Of a DNA stretch of 64,000 nucleotides, positions 40,616 to 51,169 are shown in pieces. The stretch is taken from NCBI GenBank assembly GCA_963738755.1, contig CAVTXZ010000011.1:39841-103840 (forward strand), read 5' to 3'. A program made the position numbers and the translations under genes. Positions within the stretch are counted from its first letter, which is position 1; each line of letters begins with the position of its first letter. This DNA comes from an uncultured beta proteobacterium. GTDB lineage: Bacteria; Pseudomonadota; Gammaproteobacteria; Burkholderiales; Burkholderiaceae. The notes under the pieces are model-generated. The model ran no database searches. It saw nothing but the letters and a program-made list of their open reading frames with translations, and was not told the origin of the DNA.

Positions 40616-41477
40616 CGCACGTGAGCGCGACTGCGGTTCATCGCGTGACAAGACGTGCAATGGCGCTGCAAGCTTATGCCGACCAAGGCGTGCAGCGCGA
40701 TATGTGTGCCCGCTCTGACTCCAGCTTCTGTTGCTCCGAACAACGTTGCCCAACAATCTCCTGACCTTCCTCATCTGAAACTCCAGTTTTATGTTTATCT
40801 TGTACTGCGAATCATCCAGAACATCTTTAGCGCTTATCTGGCGCGCTCATCTGGCTCAATTACCGTGACAAAACCGGATCGCGTCGCCGGATGTGGCTTG
40901 CCAGATTGACAGACGTGTCTCCTCCACCGGCCTTTATGTCCGATCGGAAGCGCTATCGGCCAGATGTTCTGGATGTTTCGACGAGCACCCCGTCACACGA
41001 CTGCCTTCGCCGTAGCCAGGACGTTGCGCTCATGGGTACACGTTGCCCGGGAGTTTTTTTGGCAACCATCAGAAAATTTACATTTGACGGCGAAGAGTCC
41101 ATCAGGCGTGCCGACTCCGCCTGTCTCCGGGTGACGGTTGGATGATTCTTCGAGATTCGTATAGAACGATGTTTGCGGCGCAGACAGATTCCGCAGCACG
41201 TTTGCCAGCCGGGACACCTGCTGCCAGGTCTGGGGCCACGCTAGCGCGATCGACCGCGCTGTGCCCAGCAGGTTACGCCCGAGTCGCTACGACAATCGCA
41301 TTGGCTGATAACCTGCGAGTCCGCTGACGTGCCAGCGGCGTGCACGCCACCACTGCTCAATGAACCGGTCGACCTGGACCGTCTGCAGCATCAAGCAAAG
41401 AGCCTGGCAGACGCACATAAAGCAAAACGGCCGAGGTTTCCTACCGATACAGGCAGGAAACACTCAGCCGCGAGCTA

Positions 41478-41497
41478 CGCGATTTTCGAAAATCGCG
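41478..41497. terminator. Perfect 20-bp palindrome CGCGATTTTCGAAAATCGCG, probable hairpin after the DUF4148 gene
   Basis: Read directly; about 15 bp downstream of the stop at 41512. Confidence 0.45.
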
Positions 41498-41511
41498 CCT
41501 TTACACCAATA

Positions 41512-41802
41512 TTACAGACCGCTTGTTGCGCCCGAACGAGACGTTCCGTCGGTCACGCCGCCAAATCCCGAAACGGGAGCCTGGGCTTGAGCCGTCGCGT
41601 TCTGCGCCGCAACTTTTGCTTCCGCAGCCTGGATATTCTCGGGGTAGTGAATCCAGTCGTGCGGATCGTAGCCAGCTTTCTCGAGCTGTGCCAGTTCGGC
41701 ACGCACTTGCGCACGACTTACCGGCTCATTGGACTGTGCGAACGATGCAACCGGCGTTGCGAACACTGCAGCGATAAGAAGCATTCTGGTCAACGACTTC
41801 AT
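41512..41802 (-). CDS. DUF4148 domain secreted protein
   Basis: Signal peptide ending SFA, SRAQVRAELAQLEKAGY and YPENIQAAEAKV. Confidence 0.88.
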   Translation of the reverse strand: MKSLTRMLLIAAVFATPVASFAQSNEPVSRAQVRAELAQLEKAGYDPHDWIHYPENIQAAEAKVAAQNATAQAQAPVSGFGGVTDGTSRSGATSGL

Positions 41803-41951
41803 GGTGACGTACCTCAACGATTGTTGTTGGTGGCGCTACGAAGGAGCTTCTCTGCCACATTTGCACGCAGTGTAAAGAGCAAACTCCATCAGGGTAAGTA
41901 CCAATTATTCCAACTCTCTGTTGCAGATCCGTCAATAATCGGACGTCATGG

Positions 41952-44900
41952 CTAGCCCCGGCCCGCCTCAATCTCCGGCATCGGCGCAAACAACGCATCG
42001 AGGTCGTCGTCCGAGAACTTGGTGGTGCCGGCGGCGTCTTCGGAAAGAATGCTGTCGGCGAGCCCCGCTTTTTCCTCCTGCAACGCCACGATCTTTTCTT
42101 CGATGCTGCCCGCGGCAATCAGCTTGTAGACGAATACCGGCTTGTCCTGCCCCAGCCGATGCGCGCGATCGGTCGCCTGATTCTCCGCGGCGGGGTTCCA
42201 CCACGGATCGTAGTGGATCACCGTGTCGGCGGCGGTGAGGTTCAGGCCCACACCGCCCGCCTTCAGGCTGATCAGGAACAGCGGCACCTCGCCTTGCTGA
42301 AAACGCTGAACCGGCGTGACGCGATCCGCCGTATCGCCGGTCAGGATCACATAGGGAATCGCAGCTTCTTCAAGCGCTTCGGCGATCAGCGCGAGCATGC
42401 CGGTGAACTGCGAGAACAGCAGCACGCGCCGTCCTTCCTCTATCAATTCAGGCAGCATCGACAGCAGCAGATCGAGTTTGGCCGAACGCATGGCGCGCGC
42501 GCCCTTTTCGGCTTTCTCCACCTTGGCCGCCTTGCTATTCTTGCCCTCCGCCTCGCCCGCTTCCTTGCCTGCCTTGATTGTCCGGACAAGACGCGGATCA
42601 CAGCAGACCTGGCGCAGCTTCAGCAAAGCGTCGAGCACGATGATGTGACTGCGCGCGAGCCCCTGCGCGCTGACCGCGGCGCGCACTTTCTCCTGCATCG
42701 CCGTGCGCACCGTTTCGTACAGATCGCGCTGCGCGCCTTCCAGATCGACCGAACACACAATCGTGGTCTTGGCAGGCAACTCCTTCGCCACCTCGTCCTT
42801 GCGACGCCGCAGCATGAACGGCCGGATGCGGCGCGCCAGCAACGCACGGCGAACGCCGTCGCCATTTTTCTCGATCGGATTGCGCCAGCGTTTGGTGAAG
42901 TCTTTCTGGGTGCCCAAAAAGCCGGGCAGCAGGAAATCGAATTGCGACCACAGTTCGCCGAGATGATTCTCCAGCGGCGTGCCCGTCAGACACAGCCGAT
43001 GCCGCGCGCGCAATCCGCGGATCGCCTGCGCCGCTTTGGTGGCGGCGTTCTTGACGTACTGCGCCTCGTCGAGAATCAGCAGATGGTAGTCGTGCTCGGC
43101 GAGCACCTTCTGATCGCGCCATAACAGCGCGTAAGTTGTCAGAATCAGTTCATGCTCGCCGATCTGCTCGAAGCGCTCCTTGCGCTGCGGGCCGTTCAAC
43201 GCCAGCACCTTCAGTTCGGGCGCGAAGCGGCGCGCTTCCTCGCGCCAGTTATGCACGAGCGTGGTGGGCACGACAATCAGCGCGGGCCGCGTGAGCCGTC
43301 CGGCTTCCTTCTCCGCGAGGATGTGCGCGAGCGTCTGCACAGTCTTGCCCAGACCCATGTCGTCGGCCAGCACCCCGGCCAGATCGTGTTCGCGCAGGAA
43401 CTGCATCCAGTTGAGGCCCTGCTGCTGGTACGCGCGCAACTCCGCCCGCAGACCGCGCGGCACCGGCACCTCGTGCAGCCGCGGTCCGGCCTGCAACCGT
43501 TGCGCCAGTTGACGGATTGAATCTTCGCCATGGAATTGCCAGCGGCCGGTGCTGTTCAGCGCCTCGAGCCGGCCTGCGTCGACGGCGGCCACGCGCAGCG
43601 GCGCGCCGTCGAACAGTGCCCCGCCCAGCGCGTCGAACAGGTCGACCAGCACGCGCACCACCGGCTTGAGCCGGTCGGCGCGCAGCCGCAGGCGCTTGCT
43701 CTCTTCCGTCTTCAGCTCGATCGGTTCGTCGTCCGCGATCGATTCGAGCGCGCCGCCGAGCCAGCGGCGGTCGCGCCGGAACAGGTCGGCGAGAAGCGGC
43801 TCGAGCCGAACATTGCGATCGCCGATGCGAATGCCCATCTCCAGGTCGAACCAGCCGTCGCCGGCCTGGTGCGCTTCGCCGTCGATCGCGTCGATCTCGA
43901 TGATGTTGTAGCGGAACTCCGGCGCCATCGTCACGCGCCAGCCTTTGCCGATGAGTGCCGGCACGGCGTCGCTCACGAAAGCGGACCACGCGTCGGCATC
44001 GGGCAGGCCGAGCATGGTATCGGGCAGCAGGCGCGACGCGTAGACGCGGCTCGTCGGGACCTTCTGCAGCCCGGTCTTGCGCAGTTCGAGCAGACGCTTT
44101 TTCTCGGCTTCGTACCGACGGCGGATGTGGATGACGTCGCCACCCGGCATCGGCACCAGCGTGACGCTGCTGTCGACATTGATGCTGACGCCGTCGTAGT
44201 CGAAGCTGACGCCGGCCAGTTCCACGGCCTCGGATTTGCGCGCCCCACCCTTACCGGCCGACGGCAGCGCATGGCTGTTGAGCGTCAGCACCGGCACCGG
44301 GTCGACATCGATTACGCGAATCGAAGAAGCGTCGTGCGTGGGCGGCAACGGCAGATCCGGCGCGATCTCCCGCAGCACCGACGCGACCAGCGGCGCTTCC
44401 GCGAGCGAGATCGGCGGCATCGCCAGGTAGTCCGGCAACTGCTGAAACGGGAGCGACGACTCGACGATGCCGGCTTCATTCGCCACGCCGTCCACATACC
44501 AGACCGGTTCGGTGGGCAGCACCATGGTGGCGCGCGGCTCGGTGCACAGCACCGGACGCAGCCGCTCGTCGGCGAGCGGCTCCCATTCGATCCGGCCTGG
44601 CCGGTCGGCGCCGCGCGAGAGCGGCGTCGGCCCTTCGTGGCCGGGCTCGGGTCTGAACTCGAAGAACAGGCGCCCCGTGGCGATCAGCTTTTGCAGCATT
44701 TCCGCGCCGCTCGTGCCGCGCAGGATGAACTGGCCGAAATCCTCGCGCGACCGTCCCAGCCACAAGCCGCGCAGAATCGACAGGTCTTCGTCCGAGACGA
44801 ACCTGGGTTGCTTGAGGAGCGCCGCTTCCACATTGCCCCAGGGTTCGTCGACTTCGAAAATCGTGCCGTCGGGATTGCAGCGCGCCCGGTACAGCACCAC

Positions 44901-45425
44901 CTCGTGGCGCTTGTGGAAATTCGACCAGTTGAGCAGATAAGCCAGCGTCTGGGTGCGCGCCGCGCCCGCTTTCTGCGCGACCGCGTCGGCGGCTTCGGCT
45001 CGCGCGCGAAAACGTTCGAGCCAGCTGACCAGTTCAGGCCGCACGCCCGACGGCGACGGCGCGTTGTCTGCGTGCCATGCCCGCGGGGAGCCGCCGCCCT
45101 CGCCGGCTTCCATATCGGGATCGACGCTGGTGATATGGTCCGTCTCGTCGTGATACTCGAGCTCGGCGAGCAGCAACGCGGCGACGTGTTTGCAATTGCG
45201 CCCGACCGGGCAGCTGCAATCGCCCTGCGCCCATGGCGAGCCGCCATCGGAGCGAAACTTCACCCGCGTGTGATATGGGTGGTTGAGCGTACCCTGCACA
45301 TCCCCGCTAAGCGTGGCGCCGCGCCATTCCACATGCGTCACGGCGCCGACCGACCGCGCCTTCGCAACGGTATGGTCACCAAGCCATGCCACGATCCTTT
45401 CCCGATCAAAGAAAACTGACGACAT
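41952..45425 (-). CDS. SWIM zinc-finger + SNF2-family helicase/ATPase
   Basis: CSCPVGRNCKH, LADDMGLGKT, LDEAQ, LTGTPLEN and YDPWWNPAAENQATDRAHRLGQ. Confidence 0.95.
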   Translation of the reverse strand: MSSVFFDRERIVAWLGDHTVAKARSVGAVTHVEWRGATLSGDVQGTLNHPYHTRVKFRSDGGSPWAQGDCSCPVGRNCKHVAALLLAELEYHDETDHITSVDPDMEAGEGGGSPRAWHADNAPSPSGVRPELVSWLERFRARAEAADAVAQKAGAARTQTLAYLLNWSNFHKRHEVVLYRARCNPDGTIFEVDEPWGNVEAALLKQPRFVSDEDLSILRGLWLGRSREDFGQFILRGTSGAEMLQKLIATGRLFFEFRPEPGHEGPTPLSRGADRPGRIEWEPLADERLRPVLCTEPRATMVLPTEPVWYVDGVANEAGIVESSLPFQQLPDYLAMPPISLAEAPLVASVLREIAPDLPLPPTHDASSIRVIDVDPVPVLTLNSHALPSAGKGGARKSEAVELAGVSFDYDGVSINVDSSVTLVPMPGGDVIHIRRRYEAEKKRLLELRKTGLQKVPTSRVYASRLLPDTMLGLPDADAWSAFVSDAVPALIGKGWRVTMAPEFRYNIIEIDAIDGEAHQAGDGWFDLEMGIRIGDRNVRLEPLLADLFRRDRRWLGGALESIADDEPIELKTEESKRLRLRADRLKPVVRVLVDLFDALGGALFDGAPLRVAAVDAGRLEALNSTGRWQFHGEDSIRQLAQRLQAGPRLHEVPVPRGLRAELRAYQQQGLNWMQFLREHDLAGVLADDMGLGKTVQTLAHILAEKEAGRLTRPALIVVPTTLVHNWREEARRFAPELKVLALNGPQRKERFEQIGEHELILTTYALLWRDQKVLAEHDYHLLILDEAQYVKNAATKAAQAIRGLRARHRLCLTGTPLENHLGELWSQFDFLLPGFLGTQKDFTKRWRNPIEKNGDGVRRALLARRIRPFMLRRRKDEVAKELPAKTTIVCSVDLEGAQRDLYETVRTAMQEKVRAAVSAQGLARSHIIVLDALLKLRQVCCDPRLVRTIKAGKEAGEAEGKNSKAAKVEKAEKGARAMRSAKLDLLLSMLPELIEEGRRVLLFSQFTGMLALIAEALEEAAIPYVILTGDTADRVTPVQRFQQGEVPLFLISLKAGGVGLNLTAADTVIHYDPWWNPAAENQATDRAHRLGQDKPVFVYKLIAAGSIEEKIVALQEEKAGLADSILSEDAAGTTKFSDDDLDALFAPMPEIEAGRG

Positions 45426-45655
45426 CAGGGTCCATCCATATTCAAGCCGGCAGTGACACGCGCGCGCCGGAGCATTGCCGCAGCGGGCGGCTGACCGCGC
45501 GAAGCGCCTACCGGCTAGTTTCTGTGCGGCATCGATTGCCTGTGGTAACCGGCCATTTTACGCGTTGGACGCAACGGGCTGTGGCGGCACTTCGGGACGC
45601 GGCGCAAGCTGCAGGCAGAATGGCCCCGTCTGGCACGCAAGATCAGCGCGCGATA

Positions 45656-46489
45656 TCAGGGCGCAATGCCGTCCGGTGGGTCGATTTCGTCAGCGCTTGC
45701 AAGCGAGGCCCCGCTCTCGCCCTGTTCCGGCGAGCCGATACTGACTTCCAGTCCGGCCGCGGCGAACACCTGAGCGAGCGCGGGATCGGGCGCCGTGTCG
45801 GTGACCAGCAGATCGACGGCGTCCGGACCAAACGCATGCACCAGCGCGCTATGGCCGAATTTCGCGTGATCCGCCGCGACCACCCTTCGTTCGGCCTGCG
45901 CGAAGGCGGCCAGCGAAAACGCGACGTCGGCGGGAAGCGCGTCCATGAAGCGGCCTTGCAGGTCGATCGCGGTGACCGAGGCGATCGCATAGCGCACGTG
46001 AAACTGGCGCAGAAAGGCGAGCACGCTGTCGCCGAAAGCGGCGGAGTCGTCCGCGCGCAGCTCGCCGCCCGCGATGAACACCCGGTTGCCGTTGCGCGGC
46101 GCGAGTACACGGGCGATTTCGATGGAATTGGTCACGACAGTGAGACGCGAGCGCGCGCACAGCGCCTGCGCGATATGCACGCAGGTCGTGCCGCCCTCGA
46201 GAATCAGCGAATCGCCGTCGCGCACCAGTTCGCTAATGCGCGCGCCGATCGCCTGTTTGCCGTCGCGGCTCGCCACCATGCGCCGCTGGAACGGCGGCTC
46301 ATCGAGACGCTCGGGCAGCATGATGCCGCCGTGCACCTTGATGAGCAGGCCGTCGGCGATCAGCGGCTTGATGTTGCGGCGAATGGTCTCGTCGGACACG
46401 TCGAAGCGGCCGGCGAGATCGGTGATCGTGCAGGTGCGCTGCTCGCGGACGAGCCGCAGGATTTCGGCTTGGCGTTGGGTGGAGAACAT
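45656..46489 (-). CDS. DeoR/GlpR family regulator
   Basis: RQAEIL...FDVSDETIRR...VHGG, LEGGTT, VVTNS and DHAKFG. Confidence 0.93.
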   Translation of the reverse strand: MFSTQRQAEILRLVREQRTCTITDLAGRFDVSDETIRRNIKPLIADGLLIKVHGGIMLPERLDEPPFQRRMVASRDGKQAIGARISELVRDGDSLILEGGTTCVHIAQALCARSRLTVVTNSIEIARVLAPRNGNRVFIAGGELRADDSAAFGDSVLAFLRQFHVRYAIASVTAIDLQGRFMDALPADVAFSLAAFAQAERRVVAADHAKFGHSALVHAFGPDAVDLLVTDTAPDPALAQVFAAAGLEVSIGSPEQGESGASLASADEIDPPDGIAP

Positions 46490-46934
46490 GGAATGCGAAG
46501 GGTTGATCGTGGCTGCAGTCTAGCCAAATGCGTCACTCTTCGCAAAATAATTCCAACACATTTCCATATAAGTCCACACCAAACTGGACACCCGCTATGC
46601 CGCCCTGACTTCCGCCAGCAGTTCTGGCTGCCGGTCGGGCACTTTCCTGAACGCCAGCATCATCTGCCCCGTGCGAGTCGCCTCCTGCAAACCGAGCACC
46701 GCCTTGCCGCATGCCGGGCAATAGTCGCCCGTGACGGATTCGAACAGGGTCGCCTCCCCTTGTAGACATATGACATGTCACGGGTGTCGCTTATCAGCTC
46801 AGCCGCTCCGCGGTTCGGACATTTCATTTTCACCACTCCTTAAACGACACGGGGCTCCAGAATGCCAAGTTGATCGTTGCTTTCTGCTATTTTTTGTTGC
46901 AATCTACACACAATTAATCAACGCACTTCCACAC

Positions 46935-49430
46935 ATGTCCACATCCATCCCCTCCCACGCCCGCGTCGTCATCATCGGCGGCGGCATCATTGGCTGCTCG
47001 GTCGCCTATCACCTCGCGAAGCTGGGCTGGACCGACGTGGTGTTGCTCGAACAGGGCCAACTGTCCTGCGGCACGACGTGGCACGCGGCGGGCCTCGTCG
47101 GCCAGTTGCGCGCGCAGGAAAGCATGACGAAGCTGATTCGCTACTCGACCGCGCTCTACGCCGAACTCGAAGCCGATACCGGTCTCGCGACCGGCTGGAA
47201 GCAATGCGGCTCGCTATCGGTGGCGCGCACGGCCGAGCGCATGACGCAGCTCAAGCGCACCGCCGCTGTCGCGCGCGCCTATGGCGTGGCGTGCGACGTG
47301 ATCAGCCCGCAGGAAGCCGGCGATCTCTGGCCGGTGATGCGCACCGACGACCTGCTCGGCGCAGTCTGGCTGCCCGGCGACGGCAAGGCGAACCCCACCG
47401 ATCTGACTCAGGCCCTCGCCCGTGGCGCCCGCATGCGCGGCGCGCGCATCGTCGAGAACACCCGCATCACCGCGATCCATACGCGCACGGCGCAAGACGG
47501 CAAGGCGAATGGCGCGCGCGAAGTGAGCGGCCTCGCTTGGCGCAACAAGGACGGCGAGGAAGGCACACTCGGCGCGGATATCGTCGTCAATTGCGCGGGC
47601 CAGTGGGCTAAGGCGGTCGGCCGCCTGTGCGGCGTGACCGTGCCGCTTCATTCCGCCGAGCACTACTACATCGTCACGGAACGCATCGCCGGCGTGCATC
47701 CGGACCTGCCCGTGATGCGCGACCCCGACGGCTTCATCTACTTCAAGGAGGAAGTCGGCGGACTCGTGATGGGCGGCTTCGAGCCAAACGCGAAACCCTG
47801 GGGCATGAACGGCATCCCGGAGAATTTCGAATTCCAGTTGCTGCCCGACGATTGGGATCAGTTCGAAATCCTGATGGAAAACGCCCTGCAGCGCGTGCCC
47901 GCGCTCGAAACCGCACAGGTCAAACAGTTCTACAACGGTCCAGAATCGTTCACACCAGACAACAACTTCATGCTCGGCGAAGCGCCCGAATTGCGGCGCT
48001 TCTTCGTCGGCGCGGGTTTCAACTCGATGGGCATCGCCTCGGCGGGCGGCGCGGGTATGGCGCTCGCGGAATGGATCGTGGCCGGCGAGCCGACCATGGA
48101 TTTGTGGCCGGTCGATATCCGCCGCTTTGCGCGCTTTAACGGCAACGACACGTGGCTGCACGATCGCGTCAAGGAAACCCTCGGCCTGCACTACGCGATG
48201 CCGTGGCCGAATCGCGAACTCGACAGTGCGCGGCCGTTTCGCCGCTCGCCGCTGTATTCGCTGCTACGCGACGACGGCGCCTGCTTCGGCAGCAAGATGG
48301 GCTGGGAGCGCGCCAACTTCTTCGCGCCCACACCTCAGCAGGCGCGGATCGACTATGCGTTCGGCCAGCAGAACTGGCTGCCGTGGAGCGGCGCCGAGCA
48401 TCGCGCGTGCCGAGAAGGCGTCGCGCTGTTCGACATGACTTCGTTTTCCAAATTTCTCGTCAAGGGGCGCGATGCTGAGAGCGTGTTGCAAGGCATCGTC
48501 GCGAACGACGTCGCGGTGCCGCCTGGCACGACGGTCTACACCGGCATGCTCAACGAGCGCGGCACGTATGAATCGGACTTCACGCTCACGCGCCTGACCG
48601 ACGATCAATATCTGCTCGTTACCGGCACGGCGCAAACCACGCGCGACTTCGACACAATCGAGAAAGCGATTCCGCCCGACAGCCACTGCACGCTGGTCGA
48701 CGTCACCGGTCAATATGCGGTGCTCGCCGTGATGGGCCCGCGCTCGCGCGAACTGCTGCAAAGCGTATCGAAAGCGGATTGGAGCGACGCGGCGTTTGCG
48801 TTCGGCCAGAGCCGCGAAGTCGATCTCGGCTACGCGACGGTACGCGCCACGCGCCTCACCTATGTCGGCGAACTCGGCTGGGAGCTGTATGTGCCCGTCG
48901 AATTCGCGGTCGGCGTGTACGAGACATTGCACGCAGCGGGCAAGGCGTTTGGCCTCGTCAACGCGGGCTACTACGCAATCGATTCCTTGCGCATCGAGAA
49001 AGGCTATCGCGCGTGGGGGCGCGAACTCACGCCGGACACGAATCCGTTCGAAGCGGGTTTGTCGTTCGCGTGCAAGCTCGACAAGAACATTGCGTTTCGC
49101 GGCCGTGATGCACTGCTGAAATTGCGCAGCGAACCGCTGCGCCGCCGCATGGTCGTACTCACCGCTGACAGCGCGGCCGATCGTATGCTGTGGGGCGGCG
49201 AAGCGATCCTGCGCGACGGCCAGCCCGCGGGCTTCGTCAGTTCGGCCGCGTTCGGACACACGCTCGGTTGCCCGGTGGCGATGGGCTACATCAACCATCC
49301 GGACGGCGTCGCGGATACCGCGTATCTGAGTAGCGGCCAGTACGCGATCGATGTCGCCGGCGATCTGCTGCCGGCCACCGTCCATCTAAGGGCGCCGTAT
49401 GACCCGCGCTCGGAACGGGTGAAAAGCTAG
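46935..49430 (+). CDS. FAD-dependent GcvT-family oxidoreductase (sarcosine/dimethylglycine dehydrogenase-like)
   Basis: IGGGIIG, GTTWHAAG, GPESFTPD and C-terminal folate domain (YVGELGWELY, SLRIEKGY). Confidence 0.93.
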   Translation: MSTSIPSHARVVIIGGGIIGCSVAYHLAKLGWTDVVLLEQGQLSCGTTWHAAGLVGQLRAQESMTKLIRYSTALYAELEADTGLATGWKQCGSLSVARTAERMTQLKRTAAVARAYGVACDVISPQEAGDLWPVMRTDDLLGAVWLPGDGKANPTDLTQALARGARMRGARIVENTRITAIHTRTAQDGKANGAREVSGLAWRNKDGEEGTLGADIVVNCAGQWAKAVGRLCGVTVPLHSAEHYYIVTERIAGVHPDLPVMRDPDGFIYFKEEVGGLVMGGFEPNAKPWGMNGIPENFEFQLLPDDWDQFEILMENALQRVPALETAQVKQFYNGPESFTPDNNFMLGEAPELRRFFVGAGFNSMGIASAGGAGMALAEWIVAGEPTMDLWPVDIRRFARFNGNDTWLHDRVKETLGLHYAMPWPNRELDSARPFRRSPLYSLLRDDGACFGSKMGWERANFFAPTPQQARIDYAFGQQNWLPWSGAEHRACREGVALFDMTSFSKFLVKGRDAESVLQGIVANDVAVPPGTTVYTGMLNERGTYESDFTLTRLTDDQYLLVTGTAQTTRDFDTIEKAIPPDSHCTLVDVTGQYAVLAVMGPRSRELLQSVSKADWSDAAFAFGQSREVDLGYATVRATRLTYVGELGWELYVPVEFAVGVYETLHAAGKAFGLVNAGYYAIDSLRIEKGYRAWGRELTPDTNPFEAGLSFACKLDKNIAFRGRDALLKLRSEPLRRRMVVLTADSAADRMLWGGEAILRDGQPAGFVSSAAFGHTLGCPVAMGYINHPDGVADTAYLSSGQYAIDVAGDLLPATVHLRAPYDPRSERVKS

Positions 49431-49966
49431 CGGTCGCCGCGCGCCATGCTCGAGAACACCCCGTCGCGGCGGATCAGCCCATGAAACAGGGCCGCCGCGA
49501 GATGCAGCAGCACGGTCGCGAACAAAGCGAACGCGAGCCACGTGTGCAACGCGCGCAGCGCCGCAAACAGTTCTATGTTGTGCGGCGCGATCGGCGGCAA
49601 ATGCCACGGACCGTACAGCGTGACCGGATAGCCCGCCGCCGATAGCATCGCCCAACCGATCAAGGGCATGACCGCCATCAAGAGATACAACACGAGATGC
49701 GAAGCCTTCGCCGCGACACGTTGGGGCGCCGGCATGTCATCGGGCAGCGGCGGACTGCCGCGTTTGATTCGCACGCTCGCTCGCAACACAACCAGCAATA
49801 GCAAGGCGATGCCGAGCGGCCGGTGGATCGCGATCAGCGTGTTATGCGCGCGCGACACGGTCGCGACCATCCCCACGCCGATGAACAGCATCGCAATGAT
49901 GAGCGGCGCCATCGTCCAGTGCAGGAGTCGGGCGAGCGGACTGAAATGGGTGCGTGCCGGCATCAT
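49427..49966 (-). CDS. Cytochrome b561 / Ni-hydrogenase b-type cytochrome family protein
   Basis: RLLHW, HRPLG, SHLVLY and LHLAAALFH heme histidines; overlaps the catalase stop. Confidence 0.92.
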   Translation of the reverse strand: MMPARTHFSPLARLLHWTMAPLIIAMLFIGVGMVATVSRAHNTLIAIHRPLGIALLLLVVLRASVRIKRGSPPLPDDMPAPQRVAAKASHLVLYLLMAVMPLIGWAMLSAAGYPVTLYGPWHLPPIAPHNIELFAALRALHTWLAFALFATVLLHLAAALFHGLIRRDGVFSSMARGDR

Positions 49967-51054
49967 GAATGGTCTCCGGTTTTCTGCGTTTGATGGATCT
50001 CGGGATGCAGCGATTCTTCACGCGTGCGGCGCTTGAACGAGAGCGCATACGCGGCCGAACGCGCGGCAAGCAACGGATCGTCCGATGGCTGAATGCCGGC
50101 GGGCAGGATGGTCGGATCGAAGTTGACGTCGCGGCAGCTGCCGTCTTCCTGCGATGTCGTGTGATCGATCACCAGCGTTCCGGCATCGACATGCTGACGA
50201 TCGTCGGGCCATTGCAGCGTTGCGTCGTCGGTGGGGTCTCCCGGCTGCGCGACCGTCAGGATCAGATGCCAGCGCAACGGCCCGCTTGCAAGGCGCTGGT
50301 CGAGGTCGGTCTGCAGGAAATTCTTCGCGTCCTTTTCCGCGTCCGTGATCGGCGCGTAGGGCGTGTCGGGCACCATTGCCCAGCGCACCGCGTGGCTCGT
50401 GCCGGCGCTGTCGGTAAAGCGGAACGCGTTGATGCTGTAGTACGCGGCGTTCGCGAGACTCGACGAAGGCGGATGTGCCTTCACCCAGGCCTGAAACGGC
50501 TGGGTCTCCGGATTCGCCGCGTAGAAGGCTTTCAGCTTTGCCGGGTCCGGCTTGCCGGTCGCGGCATCGGGTTTTGCCGCCAGCAATTGCTGATAGAACT
50601 GCGCGGGCGTATGAACGGCGAATACCGGCGTCGAGTTCATCCCGGTGCGCCACTGTTCGCCATCGTGCAATTGAAACAGCAAGGCCATGCTGCGCACCGG
50701 CGAACTGGTGTCCGGCGCGGAAGGATTGCCGCCCGGAACCGCAAAGCGACCCGTGACCGGCGTGCGGCCAGGCGCGAACACGGCAGCGCGCGAAAGCACG
50801 GCGCCGGCGCCGTTACTGTCGAAATAACCCTCTACGCACAGGCCTTTTGCATGATTGCGCCGGTAGCCCGGATGCGGCTGGCCGGCCACGGCTTCGAACG
50901 TGTTGATGAAACGCGGCGCGCTCAGACGCGCGGGTGTCAGCCACCCCGCGGTATACGCAAAGCCGCCGGCGAGGATCAGCACGACCGCGCCGATCGCGGT
51001 GAGCCTGCATGGCACGCATACAGACTCGGAATGGGGAACGGATGGTTTCGTCAC
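49963..51054 (-). CDS. Catalase-related peroxidase (SrpA-like), N-terminally membrane-anchored
   Basis: RRNHAKG, NFDP and proximal SDDPLLAARSAAY; GTG start after GGGAG. Confidence 0.92.
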   Translation of the reverse strand: MTKPSVPHSESVCVPCRLTAIGAVVLILAGGFAYTAGWLTPARLSAPRFINTFEAVAGQPHPGYRRNHAKGLCVEGYFDSNGAGAVLSRAAVFAPGRTPVTGRFAVPGGNPSAPDTSSPVRSMALLFQLHDGEQWRTGMNSTPVFAVHTPAQFYQQLLAAKPDAATGKPDPAKLKAFYAANPETQPFQAWVKAHPPSSSLANAAYYSINAFRFTDSAGTSHAVRWAMVPDTPYAPITDAEKDAKNFLQTDLDQRLASGPLRWHLILTVAQPGDPTDDATLQWPDDRQHVDAGTLVIDHTTSQEDGSCRDVNFDPTILPAGIQPSDDPLLAARSAAYALSFKRRTREESLHPEIHQTQKTGDHS

Positions 51055-51091
51055 GAAAACTCCCTGTCGTCGATAGAGGCACTCACCGGCT

Positions 51092-51116
51092 AACACGCGA
51101 TGCAGCGATCTATTCC
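51092..51116 (-). promoter_or_regulatory. ECF-type promoter GGAATAGA-N14-GTT for the peroxidase-cytochrome b operon
   Basis: One of five matching motifs around the ECF locus. Confidence 0.7.
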
Positions 51117-51169
51117 AATCGACATCCGGCGCATGGTTTCGATACACGCGCCGGCCATCCGGTTTCTTC

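Noticed and set aside
43530-45419. 629-aa ORF antisense to SNF2, and similar long antisense ORFs (1324-2619, 3440-4537, 35467-36990, 45386-46765, 48264-49385)
   Set aside because: Arg/Ala-rich shadows of well-supported genes in high-GC DNA.
41952-45425. SNF2 as part of an anti-phage system (DISARM/BREX/Zorya-like)
   Set aside because: No methylase, nuclease, PglZ or other partner genes adjacent.
46771-46780. 10-bp palindrome TGACATGTCA in the DeoR/dehydrogenase spacer
   Set aside because: Short single occurrence that could arise by chance; no second copy found to support an operator.
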